Shown: one piece after another, positions 14,947 through 24,111 of the stretch
Position numbering within the stretch: the stretch's first letter is position 1
Layout: each line of letters starts with the position of its first letter
IMG/VR virus record: IMGVR_UViG_3300005764_000048
Location: 1 to 34,276 of that record
DNA from: a virus
Taxonomy: Duplodnaviria > Caudoviricetes
Length of the DNA: 34,276 nucleotides
Direction: 5' to 3' (one strand)
Program-made: the position numbers and the translations under genes
Notes under the pieces: model-generated
The model's database searches: none
Seen by the model: the letters and a program-made list of their open reading frames with translations, nothing else
Told to the model about the DNA's origin: nothing

Positions 14947-16387
14947 CGCGCTTGCGCGAGCATTAGGCGAAATCATCGCTGAGAAAGAGCGGGAGTGGCA
15001 ACGCACACGTGAACAGGACCGCGCGGAGACTCGCGCGATTCTTTCCGAGTGTCGCGCGACTGTCGCTGAATTGCGCTCTGAGAATGTCGTGCTGCGCAGC
15101 GTATTGGAGAATCAGTTTCGCGAGCGAAGTGCGTTGCTCAAAGACGGCGAGCCGGGGCCGCAAGGCGCGCCCGGTGCCGCTGGCGAGAAAGGACCGCCCG
15201 GTGAGCCCGGCCCGCCCGGACCCGATGGGATTCCCGGCCCGGAGGGAATGAAGGGTGAAAAAGGCGATCAGGGCGCGCCGGGAGAGGCGGGGCCAATCGG
15301 AATAGGTCAACCCGGCCCGGCCGGTGAACCCGGCCCTCCCGGCAACCAAGGCGAGCGCGGTGTGCAAGGCGCGCGCGGCGAGCGCGGCGAGCGCGGCATT
15401 GCTGGCGACAGTATCGTCGGCCCGCGCGGCGAACGTGGCTTAACGGGCAAGCAAGGCGACGCAGGACCGCCCGGCCGCATGGGCACGCCGGGGCCGCAAG
15501 GCGAGAAAGGCGCGCGCGGTGAGCGCGGGCACCTTGGGCCGCGCGGCATTCAAGGTGAGAAGGGCGAGCGCGGCGATTCCGGTACAGCCGGGCCGCGCGG
15601 CTATGCCGGGCCACAGGGCGAGCAAGGCGAGCCGGGGGCGCAAGGCGAGCAAGGGTTGGTCGGGCCAACCGGTGAGCAAGGCGAGCGTGGCGAGAAAGGC
15701 GAGAAGGGCGACAAAGGCGAGCGCGGCGAGCGCGGGTTAGAGGGCAAGTCGGGCAGCAACGGCGCGCCCGGCGAAAAGGGCGAGCAAGGGCCGCCCGGCG
15801 AAAAGGGCGAATCCGGCGAACGCGGACCCGCTGGCGAGCGCGGCGCGCAAGGCGCGCCCGGTATCCTCAAAGCCATCACGCCTTACGACTTCGAGCGCGT
15901 TTACTACACGGGCGATGTCGTCACGTGGCTTGGCGCGTGCTGGCAAGCGCTGAGCGACACCGGCAAAGAGCCGGGACAATCGAAGGACTGGCAATTGATC
16001 GTCGCGGCGGGCGAGCCCGGCAAAGGCTTGCGCATTCGCGGCACATACAACGAAAGCGAAACCTATGGCGCGCTTGATGTCGTTACCCGAGAGTCTTCGT
16101 GGTTTGTCGCCAAGTGCGATGCGCCGGGTTGCTGCCCTGGACCCGATTGGCAAGTCGGGCCGAGCGCTAAGCGCGGAGACAAGGGCGCGCCCGGACTTCG
16201 AGGCGAGCGTGGACCGCAAGGACTTGCGGGCAAAGATGGGAAAGATGCTGCGGCAGCGGTGATCGACTTCCGCGTCGATGCCGCTAACTACGAGTTGGTT
16301 GCCATCCGGTGTGACGGAAGCGAAGGCCCGCGTGTCTCGCTGCGTGGGCTGTTCGAACAGTATCACTTCGAGCGAAAGGGAGCTTAA
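14870..16387 (+). CDS. Collagen-like fibre protein
   Basis: N-terminal coiled coil; roughly 75-80 Gly-X-Y triplets (15146-15862) with two interruptions; [16 protein letters not shown] and [14 protein letters not shown] modules; second short collagen stretch. Start uncertain (77-nt overlap with the portal gene). Confidence 0.9.
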   Translation: MQDLIPSQETPYELPSTSIEVESASDALARALGEIIAEKEREWQRTREQDRAETRAILSECRATVAELRSENVVLRSVLENQFRERSALLKDGEPGPQGAPGAAGEKGPPGEPGPPGPDGIPGPEGMKGEKGDQGAPGEAGPIGIGQPGPAGEPGPPGNQGERGVQGARGERGERGIAGDSIVGPRGERGLTGKQGDAGPPGRMGTPGPQGEKGARGERGHLGPRGIQGEKGERGDSGTAGPRGYAGPQGEQGEPGAQGEQGLVGPTGEQGERGEKGEKGDKGERGERGLEGKSGSNGAPGEKGEQGPPGEKGESGERGPAGERGAQGAPGILKAITPYDFERVYYTGDVVTWLGACWQALSDTGKEPGQSKDWQLIVAAGEPGKGLRIRGTYNESETYGALDVVTRESSWFVAKCDAPGCCPGPDWQVGPSAKRGDKGAPGLRGERGPQGLAGKDGKDAAAAVIDFRVDAANYELVAIRCDGSEGPRVSLRGLFEQYHFERKGA

Positions 16388-16389
16388 CG

Positions 16390-16821
16390 ATGAGCATCGC
16401 TGACGTTACCGAGAACGCAATTCTCAATCTGGTATTCTCCGCAACGACGTGGGCAAACTACGCACAGAACGCCGCGACCACGCCCGAGACGAACATCATC
16501 GTCGCGTTGCATACCGCCGATCCCGGCGATGCCGGTGCGCAGAACACGACCGAAGCGGCATACACAAACTATGCTCGGCAGAACGTCGCACGTTCGAACG
16601 GATGGACGACAGCCGCGACGGGTAGCGTGTCGCCGGTTGCCAATATCGACTTCCCGGCGAGTGGCGCGGCCGGTTCGACCATCACCTTTTTCTCGACCGG
16701 CAAATCCGGCGGCGGCGCGTCGCCAATTCTCTGGTCGGGAACGGTGACGCCCAACATCGCCATCGGCGCGTCCGGCATCACGCCGCGACTCACGACTGCG
16801 AGTACGATCACGCTCGATTGA
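16390..16821 (+). CDS. Virion structural protein (143 aa)
   Basis: RBS GGGAG; ENAIL, ALHTADPG, YAR, IDFP pattern typical of small phage fibre or decoration proteins. Confidence 0.7.
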   Translation: MSIADVTENAILNLVFSATTWANYAQNAATTPETNIIVALHTADPGDAGAQNTTEAAYTNYARQNVARSNGWTTAATGSVSPVANIDFPASGAAGSTITFFSTGKSGGGASPILWSGTVTPNIAIGASGITPRLTTASTITLD

Positions 16822-16828
16822 GGCGAAC

Positions 16829-17017
16829 ATGGCAAAGATCGTCGAAGCAACCGGGCAGGCCGCAAATCAAAGCGCGCTAACCGGTCCAACCGCCAAAGAG
16901 ATCGAGCAAGCGATGGCCGACGCCGTGAGGCAGGCTTACGCGGACGGCATCACCGATCCCGACGAAATCCTCCGCTTGCAACTCGAAGCGCGCGAGCGAG
17001 TCAAGAGCGGCGGATGA
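16829..17017 (+). CDS. 62-aa protein, paralog of the C-terminal domain of the next gene
   Basis: RBS GAGG; AMADAV...YADGITDP..I....EAR. Confidence 0.75.
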   Translation: MAKIVEATGQAANQSALTGPTAKEIEQAMADAVRQAYADGITDPDEILRLQLEARERVKSGG

Positions 17018-17487
17018 ACGGCAACGAAATTATGCGGCGTGCGCTCGAAGCGCACGATCTTGTCACGTGTTGCAAGCTTTGGGAGCAAGTCGCGCCGAAT
17101 CTGCCGCAACCGAAAAATGCAGACGACGCGCGAGTCATTATGCACCATGCCTGTACGGTAGCGGGCAACGTCGCTGTGCGCTCGCGTTTCTATTCGCACC
17201 GTTGGCTCATCGATCACGGCTATCCGAGCGGACTGCCGGATGAATTGAAGCCGAAGGCCGAGCGCATGTTTCCGAAAGTAATTGACGCAGTTGGCATCGC
17301 CTGCGGCACGGCGTCGGAAGCAATGAAGCCGCTTGTGTCGCACGTGCGCGGCGCAATGGAAAACGTCGTGCTCGATCACTACGCCGATGGCGTCAAAGAC
17401 CCGAAGATTATCAAGCCGCGCATGATGGAAGCGCGGCGCTACACGCTGAAAAAGTTGCTCGGTTCCGTAAAGCTGCCGGGGAAATGA
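17014..17487 (+). CDS. Hypothetical protein (157 aa)
   Basis: ATGA overlap; C-terminus AMENVV...YADGVKDP..I....EAR. Confidence 0.8.
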   Translation: MNGNEIMRRALEAHDLVTCCKLWEQVAPNLPQPKNADDARVIMHHACTVAGNVAVRSRFYSHRWLIDHGYPSGLPDELKPKAERMFPKVIDAVGIACGTASEAMKPLVSHVRGAMENVVLDHYADGVKDPKIIKPRMMEARRYTLKKLLGSVKLPGK

Positions 17488-17488
17488 T

Positions 17489-18502
17489 GTGGTCGTTTCA
17501 CTCAAGCACAGCACCGTTGTTGCCGTTCCTGACGACGGGACAAGTCCGGTCGGCTCGGATGAGTGGAATGCCGAGCACAATCTGACGCTGGACTCGGGCT
17601 TCGTGCTCGGCCGCCAGTCGGCGGGCAACGGGCCGGTCGAGCAAATTGCCGCTTTCGGTGATCGTCCCGCCGCCGGGCAGTTGACTTATCTCAGCCCGAC
17701 AGCATTGAAGTTTGCGCCGACCGGATATTCGGGTCGGCTCATTCAAATCAACGGCGTGCTGTATCCGATCCCTGTTGGCGGGATCGCCGGGCTCGGCAAC
17801 ACGGGCGTCTATCTCGACAACGTAGCGAACCAGAACCTTGCCGCGAATACGGTCTATACGATTTATGCCATTGTCGTAGCTGGCGTGGTAACGGCAAACT
17901 TTCGTGATGACGCCCCCGGCAATCATCGCCCGAGCCAAACCGTCGGCAACGAAAGCGTCGAAGTTCTTTACCAGACCAGTACGTCTACCGAATACCCAAC
18001 CAATACTCTGATTGGAATGTGCCGCACGAATGCGAGCGCGCAATTCCAAGACGACAAGTCGAACAAATTCGTTTTGTCGTGGTTCAATCGACGCCGCAGG
18101 ACCGGCTCGAATTACGCGACTGCCAATCCCAACACGGGGACCGGCACCTACGCGGAATCACCGACACCTTATCGGGTTAACTTTCTATGTTGGGCTGGCG
18201 ACGAAGTTGAGTGGGAAATCCACGCCGCCACTTATTCGGGCAGCGCAGTTTGGACGTACACGGCCATTGGTTTCGATGGCATCAATGCGGAAGTAACCGC
18301 GCAGGCTTTTGGCACCTATTACTATGCCGACTTGCTGTCGATCAGAGATGTCAAAGTCGGCCTTACCGAAGGCTTTCACTATGCTTGCCAGCTTTTCGCG
18401 GGCAACACGACGGTCTATTTCGCGAACACCGCGCCGAGCAACGTCCCGTCAGCGGGCGGCAACGTCCCGTCGACGCATCTAGTCATCACGGTCAACGGAT
18501 AA
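17489..18502 (+). CDS. Putative virion fibre or receptor-binding protein
   Basis: N-terminal H..D...WNAEH and VLGR.SAG.G.VE motifs; beta-rich, Asn/Thr/Tyr-rich body; structural context. Confidence 0.65.
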   Translation: MVVSLKHSTVVAVPDDGTSPVGSDEWNAEHNLTLDSGFVLGRQSAGNGPVEQIAAFGDRPAAGQLTYLSPTALKFAPTGYSGRLIQINGVLYPIPVGGIAGLGNTGVYLDNVANQNLAANTVYTIYAIVVAGVVTANFRDDAPGNHRPSQTVGNESVEVLYQTSTSTEYPTNTLIGMCRTNASAQFQDDKSNKFVLSWFNRRRRTGSNYATANPNTGTGTYAESPTPYRVNFLCWAGDEVEWEIHAATYSGSAVWTYTAIGFDGINAEVTAQAFGTYYYADLLSIRDVKVGLTEGFHYACQLFAGNTTVYFANTAPSNVPSAGGNVPSTHLVITVNG

Positions 18503-18508
18503 ACTAAT

Positions 18509-20968
18509 GTGGCGACAGAGAGAGGCATAGGAAGCGGAGTCTTTCAGCCCTCGATTTTTCAGGCGAGCGTTTTTCAAGAGTATGTCGTTTCTGGAACCAT
18601 CGCGTTCCAACCCGATTCTTTCCAGAACAATGTCTTTCAATCCGCGCAGATAGTCGGCGCTGTTGCGAGCGCTTCCGGCATTGGCGCGAGCGCCGCTGTC
18701 GGCACTTATGGCGTTCTTGTCGCTGCCGTCGCAAGCTCGGATGGGACCGGCGCGAGTGCGGTCGTCAGCGAACAGGTTATCAACGCCACAGCGAGCGCGT
18801 CGGGTGTCAGTGCCGCTTCGGCAGACGGCGCACAGATTGCGGAAGCGGTCGGCAGCGCGGCGGGCGTCGGCACAAGCGTAGCGAGCGGCGAACAAATCGA
18901 CGCGGCGACCGCGACCGCGACCGGCATTGGCACGGCGAGCGCGAGCGGAATCACGGTTGCCAACGCTACGGCGACGGCGGCCGGTTCCGGCACAAGCGCG
19001 GTTGTTAGCGCGCAGATTGCCGAAGCATCGGCCACGGCGGCTGGCGTGGGCGCAGCGGCGGGCGGCGTCGTTGCTGCTACGCCCGCGACCGCATCCGCCG
19101 CTGGCATCGGCGCTGGCGCGGCTACGAGTGCCGAGATTGCGGCGGCGAGCATTCTTTCCGCTGGCGCGGGCGCAAGCTCAGCCAATGGCGTCACCGTCGT
19201 CCAAGCAATCGCCACGGCGGCAGGCGCGGGCGCGAGTGCGGCAACCGGCATCACATTGGCCGGGGCGACCGCGACAAGCGCGGGCGCGGGCGTCGCGGCG
19301 GCGGCAAGCGCCAAGATTGCGGCGAGTGTTGCGGCGAGCGCCGGGGCGGGCGTTGCCACAGGCGGCGGCGGCACCGGCATCACGATTATCAGCGTCACGG
19401 CGACCGCAGCCGGTTACGGCGCGCCTGTTGTCTATGGCACCGGAGTCGTCAACGCGACCGGGGCGACAGCGGGCGCGGGCACAAGCGCAGCGACCGGCGC
19501 GGAGATTGCCGCCGCGATTGCCAGCGCGAGCGGTATCGGCTTCGTCAACGGCACGGCGACCGGCCTCGCCTTCACGACCGCGACCGCCGCCGGTTCGGGT
19601 CTAAGCTCGGCCGCCAGTGCGCAGACCGCCACGGCGAGCGCCACGGCGGCGGGCGTCGGTGCGGGAGCGGCGAGCGGCACCGGACTGTTTTTCGCGCCCG
19701 GCGCGAGCGCGGGCTTCGGCGCAAGCTCGGTTGTCGGTGCGAAGATCGCGGCGGCGACCGGGGTTACGGCGGGCGTCGGCGCAAGCGCAGCAACCGGGAC
19801 CGGAATCGGCAACGCCGTTGCGGCGTCGGCCGGTATCGGGGCGAGCGCGGCTGTCGGCGCAAAGATTGCCGCGTCCGTGGCAAACTCTGCCGGTGTCGGC
19901 ACGGGCGCGGTCGCGAGCAACGCCGTCATCATCGCGACGCCAGCGACGGCCAGCGCGGCGGGCACGGGCGCGAGCACCGCCAATGGCACGGGAGTCATTC
20001 TTGCGGTCGGCTCGGCCGCAGGCGCGGGCACAAGCTCGATCACGGGCGCGGAGATCGCCGCCACAAAGGCGAGCGCGGCGGGCGTCGGTGTTCTCTCCGC
20101 AGCCAGCGTCAGTGTTTTTAATTCGGTCGGCGCGGTCGCAAGCGTCGGCACCGGCTCTTTCGTCGGCGCGAAGATCGCGGCGGCAGTCGCAAACGCCACA
20201 GGTGTCGGCGCGGCGAGCGCGACCGGTACGGGTGTCGTCCTCGCAAGCGGTGTCGCGTCTGGCGTCAGCACGGTCGCGGGCGCTGGCGCAGCACGCGCAG
20301 CCGCATTCGCCAGCGCGGCGGGTGTCGGCGCGGCCTATGGTGCCACGACCGGCATCTTCAATTCGGTTGCCGCTTCGGCGGGTATCGGCGCGAGCGCCGT
20401 CGTCAGCGCGCAGACTGCCGCCGCCACGGCGAATTCGACCAGTGTCGGCACGGCGAGCGGATTTGCGACCGGGCTCGCGCCCACGACCGGAGTGGCGGTC
20501 GGCACCGGCACGGCCCCGGCCAACGGCTCGGCCGTTCTGTCGTCAAGCGCAATCTCTGTCGGCACGGGTGTCGCAAGCGCGCTTGCCCTGAAAATTCTCA
20601 ACGCCATTGCCGCAAGCGCGGGCAACGGCACGGCCACGGCCCCCGGACTCATTGCGATGTGGGCCGCGACCGGATCGGCCAGCGGCGCGGGCGACGCGGC
20701 GAGCGGTGCGATCAAGACGCAGGCTTCGCGGGCGATGGCCGTCGCGGCGGGCTACGCCAAAGCCCATGGCTTCGCGCTCGGCCGCATCAATCTCGCGGCG
20801 GTGAAATTCGAAGGTCACCAATCGAAGCGGTTGAGCGTTAATGCCTATATCGAAATTCCGCACTTCGAGGGCTATCAAGAGGCGATCTTGGAAGCTCACG
20901 GCGAGCCGAAAGAGACGCACATCGCCGGGGAGTTGACGCCGCCGTTTGAGGGAATCGGGATTCCATGA
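18509..20968 (+). CDS. Ala/Gly/Ser/Thr-rich repeat protein (about 35 x 20 aa)
   Basis: N-terminal FQ repeats (VFQPSIFQASVFQ, AFQPDSFQNNVFQ); period-20 units such as AEAVGSAAGVGTSVASGEQI; ATGA overlap with the next gene. Confidence 0.85.
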   Translation: MATERGIGSGVFQPSIFQASVFQEYVVSGTIAFQPDSFQNNVFQSAQIVGAVASASGIGASAAVGTYGVLVAAVASSDGTGASAVVSEQVINATASASGVSAASADGAQIAEAVGSAAGVGTSVASGEQIDAATATATGIGTASASGITVANATATAAGSGTSAVVSAQIAEASATAAGVGAAAGGVVAATPATASAAGIGAGAATSAEIAAASILSAGAGASSANGVTVVQAIATAAGAGASAATGITLAGATATSAGAGVAAAASAKIAASVAASAGAGVATGGGGTGITIISVTATAAGYGAPVVYGTGVVNATGATAGAGTSAATGAEIAAAIASASGIGFVNGTATGLAFTTATAAGSGLSSAASAQTATASATAAGVGAGAASGTGLFFAPGASAGFGASSVVGAKIAAATGVTAGVGASAATGTGIGNAVAASAGIGASAAVGAKIAASVANSAGVGTGAVASNAVIIATPATASAAGTGASTANGTGVILAVGSAAGAGTSSITGAEIAATKASAAGVGVLSAASVSVFNSVGAVASVGTGSFVGAKIAAAVANATGVGAASATGTGVVLASGVASGVSTVAGAGAARAAAFASAAGVGAAYGATTGIFNSVAASAGIGASAVVSAQTAAATANSTSVGTASGFATGLAPTTGVAVGTGTAPANGSAVLSSSAISVGTGVASALALKILNAIAASAGNGTATAPGLIAMWAATGSASGAGDAASGAIKTQASRAMAVAAGYAKAHGFALGRINLAAVKFEGHQSKRLSVNAYIEIPHFEGYQEAILEAHGEPKETHIAGELTPPFEGIGIP

Positions 20969-21300
20969 CGACAATCCATGAGCTTCATACGTTCTATGCC
21001 GGTGACGACTGGCAAATCGACGGAAGCTTGTTCGATGTCGACGGCAACCCGCTCGACGTGACCGGCGCGACGCTCGAATGGGCGTTGCTCGACTTCACGC
21101 ACGCTGTCGTGCTCGATGAATCAGTCGCGCAAGTCGAAATCATTGACGCGGTGAACGGGAAAATAACCATCGTCGTTCCTGACGGGGCGACTGAGGGGCT
21201 TCCAGCGGGCCAATACAGCGACGTGCTGCGCGTAACTCTGCGCACGGTGACCGATACAATGTGGACCGGCGCTATCATCGTGAAGCGAGGCTTGCCGTGA
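20965..21300 (+). CDS. BppU N-terminal-like adaptor protein
   Basis: GDDW..D.DG.PLDVTGAT...I.DA.NGKI......T..L..G.Y...V....G.I.V pattern. Confidence 0.65.
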   Translation: MTTIHELHTFYAGDDWQIDGSLFDVDGNPLDVTGATLEWALLDFTHAVVLDESVAQVEIIDAVNGKITIVVPDGATEGLPAGQYSDVLRVTLRTVTDTMWTGAIIVKRGLP

Positions 21301-21980
21301 CCAGTACGCAACCGAAGATTCAGCACATCTTCAAGCCTGTCGATTTGTGGAGCACGCAAGACCTAATCACGCTCGACTCGCTGAAAGTCGCGTTGCGAAT
21401 CGATGCGGCCGACACGACGAAAGACGCGGAGTTGACGATGGTCATTGACGGCGTGTCGGCGCAAATCGCGTCGATGGCCAACCGCAGCTTCGGTTACGAC
21501 CACGTGCAAGAGACGTTCTATAACGCGGTCGAGGAAGATCGAATCTACTTTTCGCAATGGCCCGTCGTGCTGTCCGACATCAATCTGTTGACTTCGAACG
21601 GCACCGACATGCTGGCGACGCACGGGCAGGATTGGATTCTCGAAGAACAAACCGGCACGATGTTTTTCCCTGGCGGCGCGTTTAGCGGCACGATCTACGC
21701 GGACTATAGCGGCGGCTACAAGATTCCCGACGAAGCGCCAGCCGATCTCGCGCGCGTTGCTTTCGCCGCAGCACGCGAAGATTATTACATCTATGTGCGC
21801 GGCGCGGTGCTCTCAGGCGTGCGAATGATTTCTCACAAGCATGCGCGCGTAATGTACTACCCGCCCGGTCAGGTTTCCGCGACAGCGCAGGGCTCGGCCA
21901 ATATGGGACCGGCGGGATCGAATCAAACGTGGCAGGCGGTTTGGTCAGTCGTGCAGAAGTACGTCAGACATTGGGTGTGA
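21297..21980 (+). CDS. Head-tail connector protein (gp6-like, extended)
   Basis: LITLDSLKVALRI...DAELT..I...S..I....NRSF and Y.GGY..P..APADL; GTG 21297 overlaps the upstream stop. Confidence 0.8.
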   Translation: MTSTQPKIQHIFKPVDLWSTQDLITLDSLKVALRIDAADTTKDAELTMVIDGVSAQIASMANRSFGYDHVQETFYNAVEEDRIYFSQWPVVLSDINLLTSNGTDMLATHGQDWILEEQTGTMFFPGGAFSGTIYADYSGGYKIPDEAPADLARVAFAAAREDYYIYVRGAVLSGVRMISHKHARVMYYPPGQVSATAQGSANMGPAGSNQTWQAVWSVVQKYVRHWV

Positions 21981-21983
21981 AAC

Positions 21984-22343
21984 ATGGCAGGACAACTTAG
22001 CACGATCACGTTGACGATCCCGGCCGGTCAATCGGAATCTGACGCAGGCAATTTTACGTCCGACATGGGTGTGTCAAAAGTTTTGCAGCACGCCATAGTG
22101 ATGCCGAGCGCGTGGACGAACGCCAATCTTACGTTTCAGATTTCATTCGACGGAATTGAGTTCTTCGACGTTTGCGATTTTCTCGGTGATCCAATGATGA
22201 TCAACGTCATGCCCGGAAGCGTCATTCTCGTACCGGACAACTTCGCGCAGGCGGCGCAATTTATGAAGGTGCGTTCTGGCACGCGAGAGAATCCGGTCCC
22301 GCAAGAGGCTGCGCGCGTTTTTACCGTATTCGTCGAGTCATAG
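21984..22343 (+). CDS. Small beta-rich virion protein
   Basis: TIPAGQSES, MPSAWT.A.LTFQIS.DG, KVRSGT; located in the neck region. Confidence 0.65.
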   Translation: MAGQLSTITLTIPAGQSESDAGNFTSDMGVSKVLQHAIVMPSAWTNANLTFQISFDGIEFFDVCDFLGDPMMINVMPGSVILVPDNFAQAAQFMKVRSGTRENPVPQEAARVFTVFVES

Positions 22344-22345
22344 AA

Positions 22346-22624
22346 ATGTCTTGGCTCAGCGTGAACGCAAACGAAATCGAGGCGCTTGCGCTAAAGATGG
22401 ACCGGCGCGCCAATCAGATGGTCGAAGGCGCGGTCGAGGAAGGCCAAGCGCGCGCCGAAGATTACGCGGCATCGGGCGGACGACATCGCAAGACGCCCGG
22501 CCGATATAGCGGGCTACGACGCAGCGGCGTGCTGCGCGTGCGTCATGCGACCGGCGCGCAGAAAGCGCGCATGTGCGAGCACGTGCTTTATCACCGGTTC
22601 ATCGACTTCTTCGGAGAGTGGTAG
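22346..22624 (+). CDS. Hypothetical neck-region protein (92 aa)
   Basis: Fills the gap exactly, 2 nt from each neighbour; helical N-terminus and Arg-rich middle. Confidence 0.6.
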   Translation: MSWLSVNANEIEALALKMDRRANQMVEGAVEEGQARAEDYAASGGRHRKTPGRYSGLRRSGVLRVRHATGAQKARMCEHVLYHRFIDFFGEW

Positions 22625-22626
22625 CG

Positions 22627-23067
22627 ATGGGCGTCGACTTCGCAACATGGGTCTACTTGCCCAACTTCGATCTTTTCGCGCGCACGCTCACGTTCTATCC
22701 GGTTGCGTCACAGCCGGGCGGACAGCCGTTTCCAGCGCGCGGTATTTTCGACACCAACGAAATCGACGTTGTTGGAATGAACAGCGAGATCATTACCGAC
22801 TGTCGCACCGAGCTAGATATCTTCATGCCCGAGTGGTCGGTCTACCCGGTGCAAGGCGACATCGTGGACATTCCTTGGGAGGACGACGTTGACGGCGGAC
22901 TCTTCCAAGTTGCCGACGTGCATGGCCACGGCAATGCGGGCGGCGAATTGACGCTCACGCTCTCGCGCTATGAGCAAGGACGGACGCTCGGCTATTTCCT
23001 CACGAAGCCGCAGGCGTTCGCTGTCGGCTCGCCCGACATTCCAACCCCCGACATCTCTGTCACGTGA
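22627..23067 (+). CDS. Head-tail joining protein (lambda FII-like)
   Basis: RBS GGAG; RGIFD, PVQGD.V.I, F.V.D...G...L.L pattern; position. Confidence 0.7.
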   Translation: MGVDFATWVYLPNFDLFARTLTFYPVASQPGGQPFPARGIFDTNEIDVVGMNSEIITDCRTELDIFMPEWSVYPVQGDIVDIPWEDDVDGGLFQVADVHGHGNAGGELTLTLSRYEQGRTLGYFLTKPQAFAVGSPDIPTPDISVT

Positions 23068-23768
23068 TGCTCAGCGCAGACATCAACAGTTGCTCTTTCA
23101 TTATCCGCGACGGAATCTTGGACCGGCTCAAACAAGTGCCGACGTTCCAGAGCGTGAAGCGTTGGGCGTCCACGCCGATGCTGCGCGTGCAGTCGCAAAT
23201 TGAAGCGAATCAGATTCCGTATTGCGCTGTTTATCTCATCGAAGAATCGATGGGGCCGGACGGCGACGCCAACCACACCGAGCCGCGTTTTCTGCATACG
23301 GTCAAGCTCGGCTTCTCCGTCATCATCACGTCGACGGACGACACTGCTGCCGAGCGAAACTTAGACAGTGCGCATTGGACGATCATGAACCTTCTGACCA
23401 ACGAGCGATGGTCGAAGTTTCCAGCGTCGGGCGTGTGGAATAACGGCGAGCCAATTCGCATCGAAGGCGTAACGCGCGGATCGCGCAAGCACGTGTTCGG
23501 CAATCGCTCGATCAACAACGAAACGCCGCTTGCCGAGTTGCAAATGGATTTGACGGTGACGCACCGCACGTCGTTTCCGCCGATCATTCCTGACACGCTC
23601 AATCGAGTGCATGTCACCGTCGCCTATCCGTGGCCCTACGATCCGAATACGCAAGAGTCGTTCACGGTGCAATACGACTTGGAAGTGCTCGGCGCGTTCA
23701 CAGCTAACGACTATTCGACGCTGCCGCCCGACTGGAACAACGCCAAGCCGGTGCTGACCGTCTCCTAA
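23064..23768 (+). CDS. Tail completion/terminator protein
   Basis: IRDGILDRLK, P..AVY..EE, LD......L pattern; directly precedes the gp38-like and sheath genes. Confidence 0.65.
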   Translation: MMLSADINSCSFIIRDGILDRLKQVPTFQSVKRWASTPMLRVQSQIEANQIPYCAVYLIEESMGPDGDANHTEPRFLHTVKLGFSVIITSTDDTAAERNLDSAHWTIMNLLTNERWSKFPASGVWNNGEPIRIEGVTRGSRKHVFGNRSINNETPLAELQMDLTVTHRTSFPPIIPDTLNRVHVTVAYPWPYDPNTQESFTVQYDLEVLGAFTANDYSTLPPDWNNAKPVLTVS

Positions 23769-23824
23769 CCCGCCGTCATTCAAAATCCGAGTTCGTCACG
23801 CTCTCAACGAAAGGGAGAAGAGCC

Positions 23825-24067
23825 ATGCCACGTCCGCGTGAAGTCCCAAGAGAAGGTGTGCCGCTGGTCAAGGTGCGCGCCAAAAACGAAACCATCGCCA
23901 AGTACATCAAGCATCCGAAAGGCACGCGCTTCCGCGACGGCGTAGCCGATTGGCCCATGGACGGATTCACACAGCGTCGCATTCGCGACGGTGACGTGAC
24001 GGTCGAAGCGACGCCAAGGCAATCCGGTCGAGCCGCGCCACACCGGGAAGCGCGGCACGAAACCTGA
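23825..24067 (+). CDS. Mu gp38 / DUF2635-like small protein
   Basis: RBS GGGAG; HP....G...P...F..RRIRDGDV; immediately upstream of the sheath gene. Confidence 0.75.
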   Translation: MPRPREVPREGVPLVKVRAKNETIAKYIKHPKGTRFRDGVADWPMDGFTQRRIRDGDVTVEATPRQSGRAAPHREARHET

Positions 24068-24111
24068 CGCGAGCAATCGCAAACATCTGACTCGAACCAT
24101 AGGAGGGCAGC

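Noticed and set aside
17489-18502. Diversity-generating retroelement target
   Set aside because: No reverse transcriptase and no template/variable repeat pair is visible in the window.
18509-20968. Ala-rich repeats as a CRISPR array, ice-nucleation protein or PE-PGRS
   Set aside because: Repeats are degenerate at DNA level with no spacer structure. The period is 20 aa without AGYGST octamers or a PE domain.
1-23768. Gene transfer agent
   Set aside because: The contractile Mu-like tail, many accessory genes and gene order do not fit RcGTA-type clusters.
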